Source: Phycisphaerae bacterium
GTDB lineage: Bacteria > Planctomycetota > Phycisphaerae > UBA1845 > Fen-1342
Assembly: GCA_050115495.1 (NCBI GenBank)
Contig: JASFQK010000006.1
Location: 1-64,000 of the forward strand
Direction: 5' to 3'
Length of the DNA stretch: 64,000 nucleotides
The stretch's first letter is position 1. Each line of letters starts with the position of its first letter. Of the stretch, positions 47,247-57,087 are shown piece by piece. The notes beneath the pieces are model-generated. The model saw nothing but the letters and a program-made list of their open reading frames with translations. It had not been told where the DNA came from and did no database searches. The position numbers and the translations under genes were made by a program.

Positions 47247-48755
47247 TTACGGCTGCATCCGGCCGACGTGGTCGCCAGCCTGCTCGAGGTACGTGCGCAG
47301 CGCGACCGGTGACCAGCTCGTGATGATGAACCGGTCGGTCACCGTCCAGGCTGTGCCGGCGAGGAACGGGTACTGGAGATACCAGATACCCTTGCCGTCG
47401 TTACAAACACGCACCAGCGGCGGCTTGCCGCTCTTCTCGGCGTCGCGGTCCCACACCGTCTGCCAGGCGCGGCACAGGCGATCGACGCCTTCCTTAACGC
47501 GCTGCGGCTCGTCGCGGATCTCGGTCAGTGTGGTCATGGCCAGCGGGATATGCAGCGGGTGCTGCGGGTAATTGTGCATGACCGTGTAGGGTCCGAGATG
47601 CGCCAGGATGTCCTGCTCGCCGTCGAACCCGAACTCGCTCTTCATTCCCTCCCAGACGCGAAGGATGGTCTTCCGCGTTTGGGTGCTCTCGGTGGTCAGC
47701 ATCGCCGCGAAGAAACGCGGCACGAACTCCGTCGGCTCGACCCGGTAGATCGCATAGCGGGCCTTGTCGGGCACAACGGCCAGCAGGTGGGCCTCGCGAA
47801 CCGCCGGGTCGGCGTACACGCGCTCACGCACCTGCCCGTTTTCCATGTAGTGGGCCACGCAGTACATCGCCTGGCCTTCGAAGCCCAGCGCCCAGTGCGC
47901 GTGCTGAAGCTCCTCGGCATCCCAGGCGGCGAAGAACTCGGTGACCCGATCATTCACGAACGGATCCAGCCGCTCCCGCATCGTCTGCGCGGCCAGGATG
48001 ATCTCGATGAGCGCCGCCCGGCTGCGCGGACCGCGTACCTGGGCGAGCCACTCGGTCCGGCCGAGGGCCATGTTCTCGCCGGTGGCGACCGAAGCAATCA
48101 ACGGCCAGACGTCCGGCCCGATGGTCAGCACGAAATGTGGCCCGATGCGACCCCAGGCAATCGCGCACCAGTCGGGCAGACGGCTGTCGGTGAGCTCCTG
48201 GTACTCCCAGTTGCCGGCCTGGCGCCGCTGCAACTTGGCGAACTGGCTGTCGGTCTGCTCGTTCACCGCCGCCTGGAGCACACGGGCGAAGGCCTCCTCC
48301 GCCTGTGGCTGGTCGCCGACCTGCACGACGAGGGCGAGGCGCAGCTTGTCGACGCGGCGAATGGACGGGTCAGATGGCACGGGCAGGGCACGGGCATCGA
48401 CGAAAGCCAGCGCATGCGGATAGCGAATCGCCAGGCTGAAGGCCTCGATAACGCGGGCGTACAGCCGGCTCTGCGCATCGAGGACCTTCGGGAAGAGCTG
48501 CATGAACGTGTTCCAGTACGAAGGATCGCCCGACACGGGTGACGTATCAGGGAACGGCCGGCCGTACCAGCAGAGGAGACTCTCGGCGGGCACGAGGTCC
48601 AGCGGCTCGGTCAGACGTAATTCCGGCGCCGGGGCGGACGCCGTCTCCTGCGGGGCGGGCTCTGGTGTCGCCGGATGCGGTCCGAGGGCGACCATCCCGG
48701 CCAGCAGTCCCAGCCCGGCAATCATCAATAGCGAACGGCACACAACGCGCGGCAT
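47247..48755 (-). CDS. Secreted/membrane-anchored hypothetical protein (possibly DUF3352-like)
   Basis: N-terminal hydrophobic helix; PLDLVPAESLL start resembles the 38524 protein. Confidence 0.65.
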   Translation of the reverse strand: MPRVVCRSLLMIAGLGLLAGMVALGPHPATPEPAPQETASAPAPELRLTEPLDLVPAESLLCWYGRPFPDTSPVSGDPSYWNTFMQLFPKVLDAQSRLYARVIEAFSLAIRYPHALAFVDARALPVPSDPSIRRVDKLRLALVVQVGDQPQAEEAFARVLQAAVNEQTDSQFAKLQRRQAGNWEYQELTDSRLPDWCAIAWGRIGPHFVLTIGPDVWPLIASVATGENMALGRTEWLAQVRGPRSRAALIEIILAAQTMRERLDPFVNDRVTEFFAAWDAEELQHAHWALGFEGQAMYCVAHYMENGQVRERVYADPAVREAHLLAVVPDKARYAIYRVEPTEFVPRFFAAMLTTESTQTRKTILRVWEGMKSEFGFDGEQDILAHLGPYTVMHNYPQHPLHIPLAMTTLTEIRDEPQRVKEGVDRLCRAWQTVWDRDAEKSGKPPLVRVCNDGKGIWYLQYPFLAGTAWTVTDRFIITSWSPVALRTYLEQAGDHVGRMQP

Positions 48756-48860
48756 GCGACAAACCTCCAGAGAATTGCCGCGGAGGTTACCCGCAGGCTG
48801 TTCCGCCCGCCAGAATTGTACGGTGACAACTTGTCGAAAAGTGTGTCCGCGGCAGGGGCG

Positions 48861-50282
48861 TCAGGCGCAAACGTGCATGGCGAGTACGGTGAGATCATCG
48901 AGCGGATGCCCGATACGCCGCAGCGTCTCGTGGCGAACCTGCAACTCGTCGAGCGCCGCCGCGGGACCCTCGTCGCGCAGCGTCTCACACCAGGCGGACG
49001 CCAGCAGGGCCTGCCCTGGGGTCGTCGCGACGCCGCGGGGGGTGGGTGCTGACCGCGTCCGGGCGTCCGGCGATCGGGCCGCCGATGCCGGTCGGCCGTT
49101 ACCGTTACCGTTGTGCTGCCATCCGCCATCGGTGACGGATACGCCGGCGCCGACCAGGCAGGGCGCAGCGGCAGCAACCGCGGGACGGAGCTGCGCCGCG
49201 GCTTCGGCCCGGCGACGCAGGGCGTCGGTCGTGCGGGCAAAAGCGTCGGTGAGGCCGTAGTTGGGCAGTTGGGGAATGAGCACGCGATCGAGACCGTCGG
49301 AGCAGATCAGCAGCGTATCGCCGGGCGCAAGCTGCACGGTCTCCACTTCGAACTCCGCGCCGGCGGTGATTCCGACCACGCCGCCGGCGGGCTGCAGCAA
49401 CTCGATCGCGCCGTTTGCCCGCCGCAGCAGCGGATAGGGCGAACCGCCACGAGCCAGCTTCAGCTCGAGCGTTTCGACGTTCAGCACGGCGTAGGTGGCG
49501 GCGACGAAGGAGCAGTCGGAGAGGTCCGCGTAGAGCAGGTCCTCATTCAGTCGCGCGAGCACCTCCTCCGGACGGAGGATGCGGTAGTGACCGTTATCGA
49601 TTTCCTTGCCACGCAGGGAGCGTTTGATGAGCATCGTGAGCAGCGCCGCCGGGATACCGTGGCCCGTGGCGTCGGCCAGGGCAACGGCCACGTGCTGCTC
49701 ATCGAGACGATGGACATCGTAGATGTCGCCGGAGACGTAGTCGACCGGGCGGAAGACCGCGGAGAAGGACACGCTGCCGATGGTGGGAAGCGTCTCGGGG
49801 ATCAGGTCGCGTTGAATCTGGCTGGCCAGGCGCAACTGGTTGTTGTAGCGCTGCGTCGCGTTCTGTTCCGACTGCCGGTTGGCCACCATGCTGCCGTGCA
49901 GTGATTCGAGCGAGTCGCGCATGGCCACCATCGTGCACAAACGGGTGGCCAGCTCGTCCGCGTTGGCCGGGCACCCGAACGTCACCGGCACGGTCCGCGG
50001 ATGTCCGACGTGCGGCACATCACCGCCGGAAGCCCGCATCAGCAGCGTGGCTCGCGGCTGATCAGCGAGGCGGTCGAGCAGCACTTGCAGCGAATGGCTG
50101 ATCTGGCGGATGTCGTCCGGCACCACCACGACGACCGCGTCCGTCCCTGCCGACAACGCGCTGTGCAGGGCGTCTCGCAGGGGGCGAAAACTGGCGGAAG
50201 CTCCGGTTCGGCGGACAGCCTCCCGCAGGCCAGTGGGGATGGCGTGGTCGCCCATAATTACTTGCACGTGCGGTCTTGGCAT
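48861..50282 (-). CDS. SpoIIE/PP2C family phosphatase
   Basis: VSGDIY, ADATGHG, CSDG and DDLT motifs. Confidence 0.88.
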   Translation of the reverse strand: MPRPHVQVIMGDHAIPTGLREAVRRTGASASFRPLRDALHSALSAGTDAVVVVVPDDIRQISHSLQVLLDRLADQPRATLLMRASGGDVPHVGHPRTVPVTFGCPANADELATRLCTMVAMRDSLESLHGSMVANRQSEQNATQRYNNQLRLASQIQRDLIPETLPTIGSVSFSAVFRPVDYVSGDIYDVHRLDEQHVAVALADATGHGIPAALLTMLIKRSLRGKEIDNGHYRILRPEEVLARLNEDLLYADLSDCSFVAATYAVLNVETLELKLARGGSPYPLLRRANGAIELLQPAGGVVGITAGAEFEVETVQLAPGDTLLICSDGLDRVLIPQLPNYGLTDAFARTTDALRRRAEAAAQLRPAVAAAAPCLVGAGVSVTDGGWQHNGNGNGRPASAARSPDARTRSAPTPRGVATTPGQALLASAWCETLRDEGPAAALDELQVRHETLRRIGHPLDDLTVLAMHVCA

Positions 50283-50446
50283 GTCCGGCCTCATACCCCG
50301 GTGGGCGGCATACCGACGACCCGGCGTCGCCGCCATTCTTACGTATCGGCCAGGATGCAGGAGGGGTCCCGAATTGCGCGTGGGTTTCCGACAGTGGGCG
50401 GGACGGGCGATAATCTCCCCGTTTGCGGTCGGGCAGGCGGGCGGCG

Positions 50447-51316
50447 TCAGGCGCGGAGCAGACCCAGCAGGTGGTGAATGAGCCGGGCAGCCAGGAATTC
50501 GGTGACGTTGTTGCCGGGCAGCGGCCGCACTTCGACGCAGTCCACGGCCACGATCTGCCGCTTCCGGGCCACCGCCGCCAGCAGGTCGGTCACCTGGAAC
50601 CAGGTGAGGCCGCCGGGCTCGGGCGTCCCGGTGCCGGGGGCACAGGCGGGGTCGAAGCCGTCGAGGTCGATCGTCAGGTACACGTGCTGGCCGAGGGCGG
50701 CGACAACGTCGTCGATCCAGCCCGGCTGCTCGTGGCAGTGGCGGGCGGAGAAGAGGGCCGGCTTCGCCGTGCGGATAAAGCGAGCCTCGCCGGCGGAATA
50801 GTTGCGGATCCCCACGCCCACAACACTCACACCCATCTCATGCACGCGACGCATCACGCAGGCGTGGCTGTGCGGCGAACCCTGGTACTCGTCGCGCAGA
50901 TCGGCGTGTGCATCGATCTGCAACACGCACAGGTCGCGATACTGCTGGCGGACCGCCCGCACCAGGCCGGCCGTGATGCTGTGTTCGCCGCCGAGGGAGA
51001 TCAAGAACTTGCCGTCACGGAGTACGCGGCGGGCGGCGCGGTAGACGCGCTGCACCATCTCCGCCGGTCCGCGGGCGTCGGCTTCGAGCGGTTCGAGCGT
51101 CGCCACGCCGCTACGCGGGACGCTACGGCCGAGGGCTTCGTCGTACAGCTCGACCTGCTGCGAGGCGGTGAGGATCGCCCGCGGGCCGTCGCGTGTCCCG
51201 ATGCCGTAGGTGGTGGTCGCCTCGTAGGGAATGGGCAGGACGGCATAGCGCGCCCGCCGATAGTCGGCGTCGCGGCCGGCAAGTCCCAGGAAGTTGTCCG
51301 GTACGGTGTCGGCCAT
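50447..51316 (-). CDS. speB: Agmatinase
   Basis: GGEHS, DAHADL, DLDGFDP and PGTGTPEPGG motifs; follows arginine decarboxylase. Confidence 0.93.
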   Translation of the reverse strand: MADTVPDNFLGLAGRDADYRRARYAVLPIPYEATTTYGIGTRDGPRAILTASQQVELYDEALGRSVPRSGVATLEPLEADARGPAEMVQRVYRAARRVLRDGKFLISLGGEHSITAGLVRAVRQQYRDLCVLQIDAHADLRDEYQGSPHSHACVMRRVHEMGVSVVGVGIRNYSAGEARFIRTAKPALFSARHCHEQPGWIDDVVAALGQHVYLTIDLDGFDPACAPGTGTPEPGGLTWFQVTDLLAAVARKRQIVAVDCVEVRPLPGNNVTEFLAARLIHHLLGLLRA

Positions 51317-51358
51317 GGCACTCACGCCCCGGCTCACCAGCGACCGGGCTCGTGCCCG

Positions 51359-51913
51359 CTAGTCGAACACGAAGACCGCGGCGGCCAGCACAGTCGTCCA
51401 CAGCCCGTTCTTGTCGCCTTCCGCCGTCTGCACGATGGCCCGGCTTTTGACGATCTGCCCGCTGAGCTTGTAGACCTCGCGACGGGCGTCGTAGTCGGCG
51501 TCGGAGTCGAACTCGATGCCCAGTGTCTCGGCCAGCATGCTCGCCGCCATATCCTCCACGAAGTCGGCGACTTTGCGCTCGGTCATGCCGAAGCCGTGGT
51601 GCTCGGAGATGTAGCCGAACTGCTTGCCGTCGGCCGGGACCGCCAGGCCAATGCCCGCGGCGGCCAGCCGGTTCGGCTCGTTCGTCCGGGCTTCGGCCAG
51701 GACCACGTATACGATCTGTCCCGGCTTCAGTCGGGCCAGCCCGGCCCGGCGCGAGACGATCTTGCAGTACGGCGGGAAGATGCTCGAAACCTTGACGAGG
51801 TTGAACTGGGCGATGCCTGCACTGCGCAACGCCCCCTCGAAGGATTCGAGGTTACGCCGGTGCTTGCCCACACCGCGCGTGAAGAACATCCGAGTAGGAA
51901 CCGGTGTGTACAT
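51359..51913 (-). CDS. pdaD: Pyruvoyl-dependent arginine decarboxylase
   Basis: SFEGALRSAGI, NLVKVSSIFPP (Ser-Ser cleavage site) and FGYISEHH motifs; AGGAGG RBS. Confidence 0.92.
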   Translation of the reverse strand: MYTPVPTRMFFTRGVGKHRRNLESFEGALRSAGIAQFNLVKVSSIFPPYCKIVSRRAGLARLKPGQIVYVVLAEARTNEPNRLAAAGIGLAVPADGKQFGYISEHHGFGMTERKVADFVEDMAASMLAETLGIEFDSDADYDARREVYKLSGQIVKSRAIVQTAEGDKNGLWTTVLAAAVFVFD

Positions 51914-52215
51914 GGCGGCCCTCCTTTTCGGAACGTGCCCGCCCGCCGGCGTGAGCCATCTGCTCCATACCACCGGTTGCACCGCACGGGCCGTTCCCTG
52001 GCTGCCGTAGAAAGGGGGCCATTATAGACCGCTGCTTCTCGGAATCAATGCACCGCGGAAACCGTGTCGCCCGGCCGGCCGGCGTTTGTTTTCCCCACTT
52101 TCGTTTTGGACACTTGACTCTGGTGGAGCCCTGAGCCGGCCACTCGCCGGTTCGACAGGATCGGGAGCTGCACCCAGCGGTGCGATCCGTTGGGTGGAAA
52201 GAAGCCCTTAGGGAT

Positions 52216-52250
52216 GCCGGCGGTTTGCGCAAACCGCCGGCCTTTTTTCT
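52216..52250 (+). terminator. Intrinsic terminator upstream of the isomerase gene
   Basis: gccggcggttt-gcgc-aaaccgccggc followed by c-T6. Confidence 0.75.
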
Positions 52251-52337
52251 GCGCCACGCCAGGGCGATAATTCACTGTGCGGCCTGCGCCGCGGGTGAGT
52301 GGCCCGGGCAACGGCTGCCCTGGCAAAGGGCTCCCGC

Positions 52338-53171
52338 GTGTTCCCAGCGATTAACGCCTGGACCTTTCCCTCCGGCACCACACCTGCGGCACAGATTGCC
52401 GGGGCGGCGGCGGCGGGCTTCGCCGGCATCGAGCTGGTCGTCGAAGAAGACGGACCACTGCGGCCGGAAACATCACCCGACGTGTTCGCGGACCTTGGTC
52501 GCCAGGCCGCGGATGCCGGCCTGCGCGTGGCCGGCGTGGCCACCGCGCTGTTCTGGCAGTTCAGCTACGGCTCACCCGAGGCGACGGACCGAGAGCGAGC
52601 CCGCGATCTCACCTTGCGCATGCTCGACCAGGCCGCCGCCGCCGATGCGGGCGCCATTCTTGTCGTGCCCGCGGTCGTCGGTCTGGCGCAGGAACCGCGC
52701 ATGCGCGTCTCCTATCTCGACGCCCTCCAGCGGACGCACGACGCCCTGCTGTCGTTGCGACACGAGGCCGAAGACCGGCGGGTCGTGCTGGCCGTCGAGA
52801 ACGTGTGGAACCGCTTCCTGCTCTCCCCGGTCGAGCTGGCCGATCTCATCGACCGCGTCAACTCGCCATTCGTCGGCGTATACCTCGACGTCGGCAACAT
52901 CCTCGCCGCTGGCTATCCCGAAGACTGGGTCGCCACGCTCGGACGCCGCGTCAAGCGCGTGCACATGAAGGACTACGACCTCAGCAAACCCGGCGAGGCG
53001 GGCTTCTGCCCGCTGGGTGAGGGCAGCGTGAACTGGCCGGCCGTGCTGAGCGCGCTGCGGGCGGCGGGGTATGACGGCCCGCTGACGTACGAAGGGTCCG
53101 GCGACGTTGGCGACGCATATCGCCGACTGGCCGCCCTGCTCGCCCCCGGCCCCACGGAGGATCTGACATGA
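52338..53171 (+). CDS. Sugar phosphate isomerase/epimerase (xylose-isomerase-like TIM barrel)
   Basis: GFAGIEL, ENVWNRFL, DVGN and HMKD motifs. Confidence 0.88.
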   Translation: MFPAINAWTFPSGTTPAAQIAGAAAAGFAGIELVVEEDGPLRPETSPDVFADLGRQAADAGLRVAGVATALFWQFSYGSPEATDRERARDLTLRMLDQAAAADAGAILVVPAVVGLAQEPRMRVSYLDALQRTHDALLSLRHEAEDRRVVLAVENVWNRFLLSPVELADLIDRVNSPFVGVYLDVGNILAAGYPEDWVATLGRRVKRVHMKDYDLSKPGEAGFCPLGEGSVNWPAVLSALRAAGYDGPLTYEGSGDVGDAYRRLAALLAPGPTEDLT

Positions 53172-54079
53172 AGTTCGACGGCGCCGCTCTGCTCGATACA
53201 GTCAGCGTGGCGGACGGAGCGTGGGCGACGCAGTTGCGGGCTCGCGGTCTGCCGGTTGGCGAAGCGGCCGAGTCGGCCAACCTGTCGCACCCGGAGATGG
53301 TCGTCGAGCTCGGTCGCGAGTATCTGGCGGCCGGAGCGCGCTGGCTGACCACGAACACGTTCGGCGCCAACCGGCTGGCCCTCGAAGCCCGCCAGCGAAC
53401 CGCCGACGTGACGGAGCTTAATCGCCGTGGCGCCGAGCTCGCCCGCCAGGCCGCGCAGGACGAACCGTCCGCCCTGGTCGTCGGAACGATCGGCCCCTGC
53501 GCCCGAATCCTCGCCGTGGGCGAAGTCCGCGAGGACGAGCTACGCTCCGCCTATGAGCAGCAGGCGACCGCCCTCGCCGCCGGCGGCGTCGACGCCCTCC
53601 TGCTCGAGACCTTCTCCGAGCTGGCGGAGATCCTCGCCGTGCTCCGCGTGGTAAAGGAAGTAACCAACCTGCCGGTCATCGCCAGCATGTCGTTCGACTC
53701 GGGCCCGCAGCGCACGAGCACCATGATGGGCGCCCACGCCGAAGACTGCGCCGCCGCCCTGGACGACGCCGGCGCCGACGTGGTCGGCTGCAACTGCGGT
53801 GGCGGCGTGAACACGGTGCTACCGGCGGTCGTCGCCCTGCGCGCAGCCACGCAGCTTCCGCTATGGGTCAAGCCCAGCGCCGGCCTGCCCGATGTCGAAG
53901 ACGGCCAGCCCGTGTATACGCAGACCCCCGAGCAATTCACCGCGATCGTCCCCACACTCATCGACGCCGGCGCCAACATCATCGGCGGCTGCTGCGGCAC
54001 CGGGCCCGAGCACATCCGGCGGTTAGCCTCGATCGTGGCCACCCGGCAGCGCACGAAAAAACGCCGGCCTGCGAAGTGA
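53168..54079 (+). CDS. Homocysteine S-methyltransferase family protein (stand-alone MetH N-terminal domain)
   Basis: DGAWAT, TNTFG, GCNC and GGCCGTGPEHI zinc motifs. Confidence 0.9.
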   Translation: MKFDGAALLDTVSVADGAWATQLRARGLPVGEAAESANLSHPEMVVELGREYLAAGARWLTTNTFGANRLALEARQRTADVTELNRRGAELARQAAQDEPSALVVGTIGPCARILAVGEVREDELRSAYEQQATALAAGGVDALLLETFSELAEILAVLRVVKEVTNLPVIASMSFDSGPQRTSTMMGAHAEDCAAALDDAGADVVGCNCGGGVNTVLPAVVALRAATQLPLWVKPSAGLPDVEDGQPVYTQTPEQFTAIVPTLIDAGANIIGGCCGTGPEHIRRLASIVATRQRTKKRRPAK

Positions 54080-54125
54080 CCGGCGGCACCCGCCCCGATA
54101 CCGATGGGCTGTCAGGAGAGCCGAA

Positions 54126-54686
54126 TCAACGGCAGGGGGACTTGTTCGTCGCGCACTGCGTGGGTCGCACGTTGGCGATGATGTCCGCAGAACAGGTGGT
54201 GTCGAGCACGGCCGCGTAGCGCGAACCGCAATAGGCGCAGATCCAGCTTGTGGCCGACTCGCCCGGCAGCGGCCGCAGCAGCGGCAGGGCGAGCCCGCAC
54301 TCGGCGCAGCGGGAGATGCGCCGCGCCTGCTGCTGGATGTTCTGGACAGCGGCGCACAGCTCCTCGCTGGTGAACGGCTTCTGCAGGAAGGCGGCCACGG
54401 AGGATTGTGCCGCCTGATCGCGCAGCGTCTCAGAGGGATACCCGCTGATCAGGATCGTCTCCAGGCGCGGGTTTATCGCCCGCATGAACTCCGCCGTCTC
54501 CAGCCCGTCCAGCGTGCTGCCCAGGTTCCAGTCGGCGATGAGCACGTCGGGGTTGAAACGCTGGGCCAGATCGATCGCTGCACGGCCATCAGCCGCGGTC
54601 TCCACCTCGTGCCCCGCCCGCGCCAGCGAACGCTGCAAGCGCGCCCCGTAGGCCGCCTCATCATCCAGCACCAGCACCCTGAGCAT
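54126..54686 (-). CDS. Response regulator with C-terminal zinc-ribbon-like domain
   Basis: VLDDE, DWNL and KPF receiver motifs; CAEC...CAYC tail. Confidence 0.85.
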   Translation of the reverse strand: MLRVLVLDDEAAYGARLQRSLARAGHEVETAADGRAAIDLAQRFNPDVLIADWNLGSTLDGLETAEFMRAINPRLETILISGYPSETLRDQAAQSSVAAFLQKPFTSEELCAAVQNIQQQARRISRCAECGLALPLLRPLPGESATSWICAYCGSRYAAVLDTTCSADIIANVRPTQCATNKSPCR

Positions 54687-54897
54687 ACGGCGAACTCTCC
54701 GAACAGACTTGAACCGATCCCAGCGACGTGACGTGGGCCGACCCCACTTTCCTCCCGTCGGTCACTACGGCAGCGCACCTTAGCCGGAGTCCGGCCGCGC
54801 AGCAAGCCGCGTCCTGTCCCCTGCCTGGTGGCATGCGCGGTAATCGCATCCCCTCCCTTTTCCCGGACGCGCGGCGCGCGCTGGTCGGCCGCCCGGG

Positions 54898-55275
54898 CTA
54901 CCCCTTCGAAATGGTGCCCCGCAGAGCCTCGTCCACCGCGTCGAGCAGTTGGCGAGCCTCGAACGGCTTATCGAGCACGGTCGCCCCCGTCAGCTCGCGG
55001 ACCTCCGCCTGCAACCCCTCCGCCGGATACCCCGTGACGATGATCGTGGCGAGTCCGGGCTGCTCCGCCTGGAGCTGCTTGATAACATCCAATCCGGTCA
55101 GCTCGTTCTTGAGCATCCAGTCGGCCACGACGACATCCGGCGAGCACTCGCGGGCCGCGCGCAGCGCGGCCTCAGCGCTCTCCACGGCCTGCACGTCGTG
55201 CCCGGCCCGACGCAGCAGACGCTCCAACTGCGCCCGGTACGCGGGCTCATCATCGACGACGACAATCTTTGCCAT
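54898..55275 (-). CDS. Single-domain response regulator
   Basis: VVDDE, DWML, TGY and KPF motifs. Confidence 0.88.
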   Translation of the reverse strand: MAKIVVVDDEPAYRAQLERLLRRAGHDVQAVESAEAALRAARECSPDVVVADWMLKNELTGLDVIKQLQAEQPGLATIIVTGYPAEGLQAEVRELTGATVLDKPFEARQLLDAVDEALRGTISKG

Positions 55276-55494
55276 CGCGCGCACCCATAGATCGGCCCTG
55301 TTGCGCCTGCGGAACCGCCCGAACACTGGTCCCGCAGCCGTTCTCGACACCCAAACTGATTATAGGTGATTCCCCCGCCCCTGTAGTACGAATCGCCCGG
55401 TTTCTGAACCCGAACCGCGGCTTGTTCCCCCCGAAGGACGGCGCCCGCGCCGGGAGCAATTGACCGCATCCCCGGCGCGTGGTATCCGTGCACC

Positions 55495-57048
55495 ATGAAA
55501 CCACGAGAAACGGTCGCCATCCTGGACTTCGGCAGCCAGTACTCGCAGCTCATCGCCCGCCGCGTGCGCGAGAACCACGTCTTCAGTGAGTTGCTCGCCC
55601 CACATACCCCCGCCGCCGAGCTGCACCAACGCGGCGCCCGGGGCATCATCCTCTCCGGCGGGCCGGCCAGCGTGTACCAAGCCGAGGCCCCCACCTGCGA
55701 CCCTGCCATCTTCGACCTCGGCATTCCGGTGCTGGGCATCTGCTACGGCATGCACGTCCTCTGCCGCACGCTCGGCGGGGACGTCAACGCCACCGACAGC
55801 CGCGAGTACGGACGCGTCCGCCTGCACGTCTCCCGGCCGGAGGCCCTGCTGGCCCACGTCGGCGAAGATGTATCCGTGTGGATGAGCCACGGCGACGTCG
55901 TGACGCACGTCGCCGACTGCTTCGAGAGCCTTGCCCAGACCGAAAACTGCCCTGTCGCCGCCGTCCGCCATCGCGAGCGCCCCGTCTTCGGCGTGCAGTT
56001 CCACCCCGAGGTCACGCACACGCCGCAGGGCTCGCTGATGCTGCGCAACTTCCTGTACGACATCTGCGGCTGCCGCGGCGACTGGCGCGTGGACAGCGTC
56101 ATCGAAACCTCGGTCGCCGCCGTCCGCGATCGGGTCGGTCCGGAACAGCGGGTCATCTGCGGCCTATCCGGCGGCGTCGACAGCAGCGTCGTGGCCGCCC
56201 TGCTGCACCGGGCCATCGGCGACCGGCTTGTCTGCATCTTCGTCGACAACGGGCTGCTGCGCCGGCGTGAGCGCGAGCTGGTCGAAGTCACGTTCCGCGG
56301 CCACTTCGGTATGGACCTGCACGTGGTCGACGCCAGCAAGCGCTTCCTGACACGTCTGACCGGCGTGCTCGATCCGCAGGAGAAGCGGCAGATCATCGGC
56401 CACGAGTTCATCGAAGTCTTCAAGGACGAGGCCCGCCAGATTCCCAGCGCCCGCTTCCTCGCCCAGGGCACCATCTACCCGGACGTGATCGAGTCGGGCT
56501 GCGGGGCCACCGGGCACGCCGCGGTCATCAAGGCCCACCACAACGTCGGCGCCCTGCCGAAAGAGCTGGGCTTCGAGCTCGTCGAGCCACTGCGCACACT
56601 CTTCAAGGACGAGGTGCGGCAGGTCGGCCTGGCGCTCGGCCTACCCGAGGACCTCGTGTGGCGGCACCCGTTCCCCGGACCGGGGCTGGCGGTGCGCGTC
56701 GCCGGCGAAGTCACCCCCGAGCGCCTCGAGCTGCTGCGGGCCGCGGACGAGATTCTCCTCGAGGAGATCACCGCCGCCGGCTGGTATGGCAAGATCGCCC
56801 AGGCCTTCGCCGTGCTGGTGCCCGTAGCCAGTGTCGGCGTAATGGGCGATGGTCGCTCGTACGAGGGCCAGCACCTGGCCGTGCTGCGCATGGTTGAATC
56901 GACCGACTTCATGACGGCCGACTGGGTGCGCATCGACCAGAACCTCCTCGCCCGCATCAGCAACCGAATCATCAACGAAGTCTCGGGGGTCAACCGCGTG
57001 GCCTACGACGTCTCCAGCAAGCCGCCCGCCACGATCGAGTGGCAGTAA
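55495..57048 (+). CDS. guaA: GMP synthase (glutamine-hydrolysing)
   Basis: LDFGSQY, GICYG, SGGVDS, HPFPGPG and KPPATIEW motifs. Confidence 0.98.
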   Translation: MKPRETVAILDFGSQYSQLIARRVRENHVFSELLAPHTPAAELHQRGARGIILSGGPASVYQAEAPTCDPAIFDLGIPVLGICYGMHVLCRTLGGDVNATDSREYGRVRLHVSRPEALLAHVGEDVSVWMSHGDVVTHVADCFESLAQTENCPVAAVRHRERPVFGVQFHPEVTHTPQGSLMLRNFLYDICGCRGDWRVDSVIETSVAAVRDRVGPEQRVICGLSGGVDSSVVAALLHRAIGDRLVCIFVDNGLLRRRERELVEVTFRGHFGMDLHVVDASKRFLTRLTGVLDPQEKRQIIGHEFIEVFKDEARQIPSARFLAQGTIYPDVIESGCGATGHAAVIKAHHNVGALPKELGFELVEPLRTLFKDEVRQVGLALGLPEDLVWRHPFPGPGLAVRVAGEVTPERLELLRAADEILLEEITAAGWYGKIAQAFAVLVPVASVGVMGDGRSYEGQHLAVLRMVESTDFMTADWVRIDQNLLARISNRIINEVSGVNRVAYDVSSKPPATIEWQ

Positions 57049-57087
57049 TCGCCGGTCCGCCGTGCATTCCCGCCCGGAGTTGTTCTC

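Noticed and set aside
52120..52135. tmRNA/tRNA-Ala 3' end (CTCCACCA on the minus strand)
   Set aside because: No preceding T-arm (GTTCGA) or matching acceptor stem
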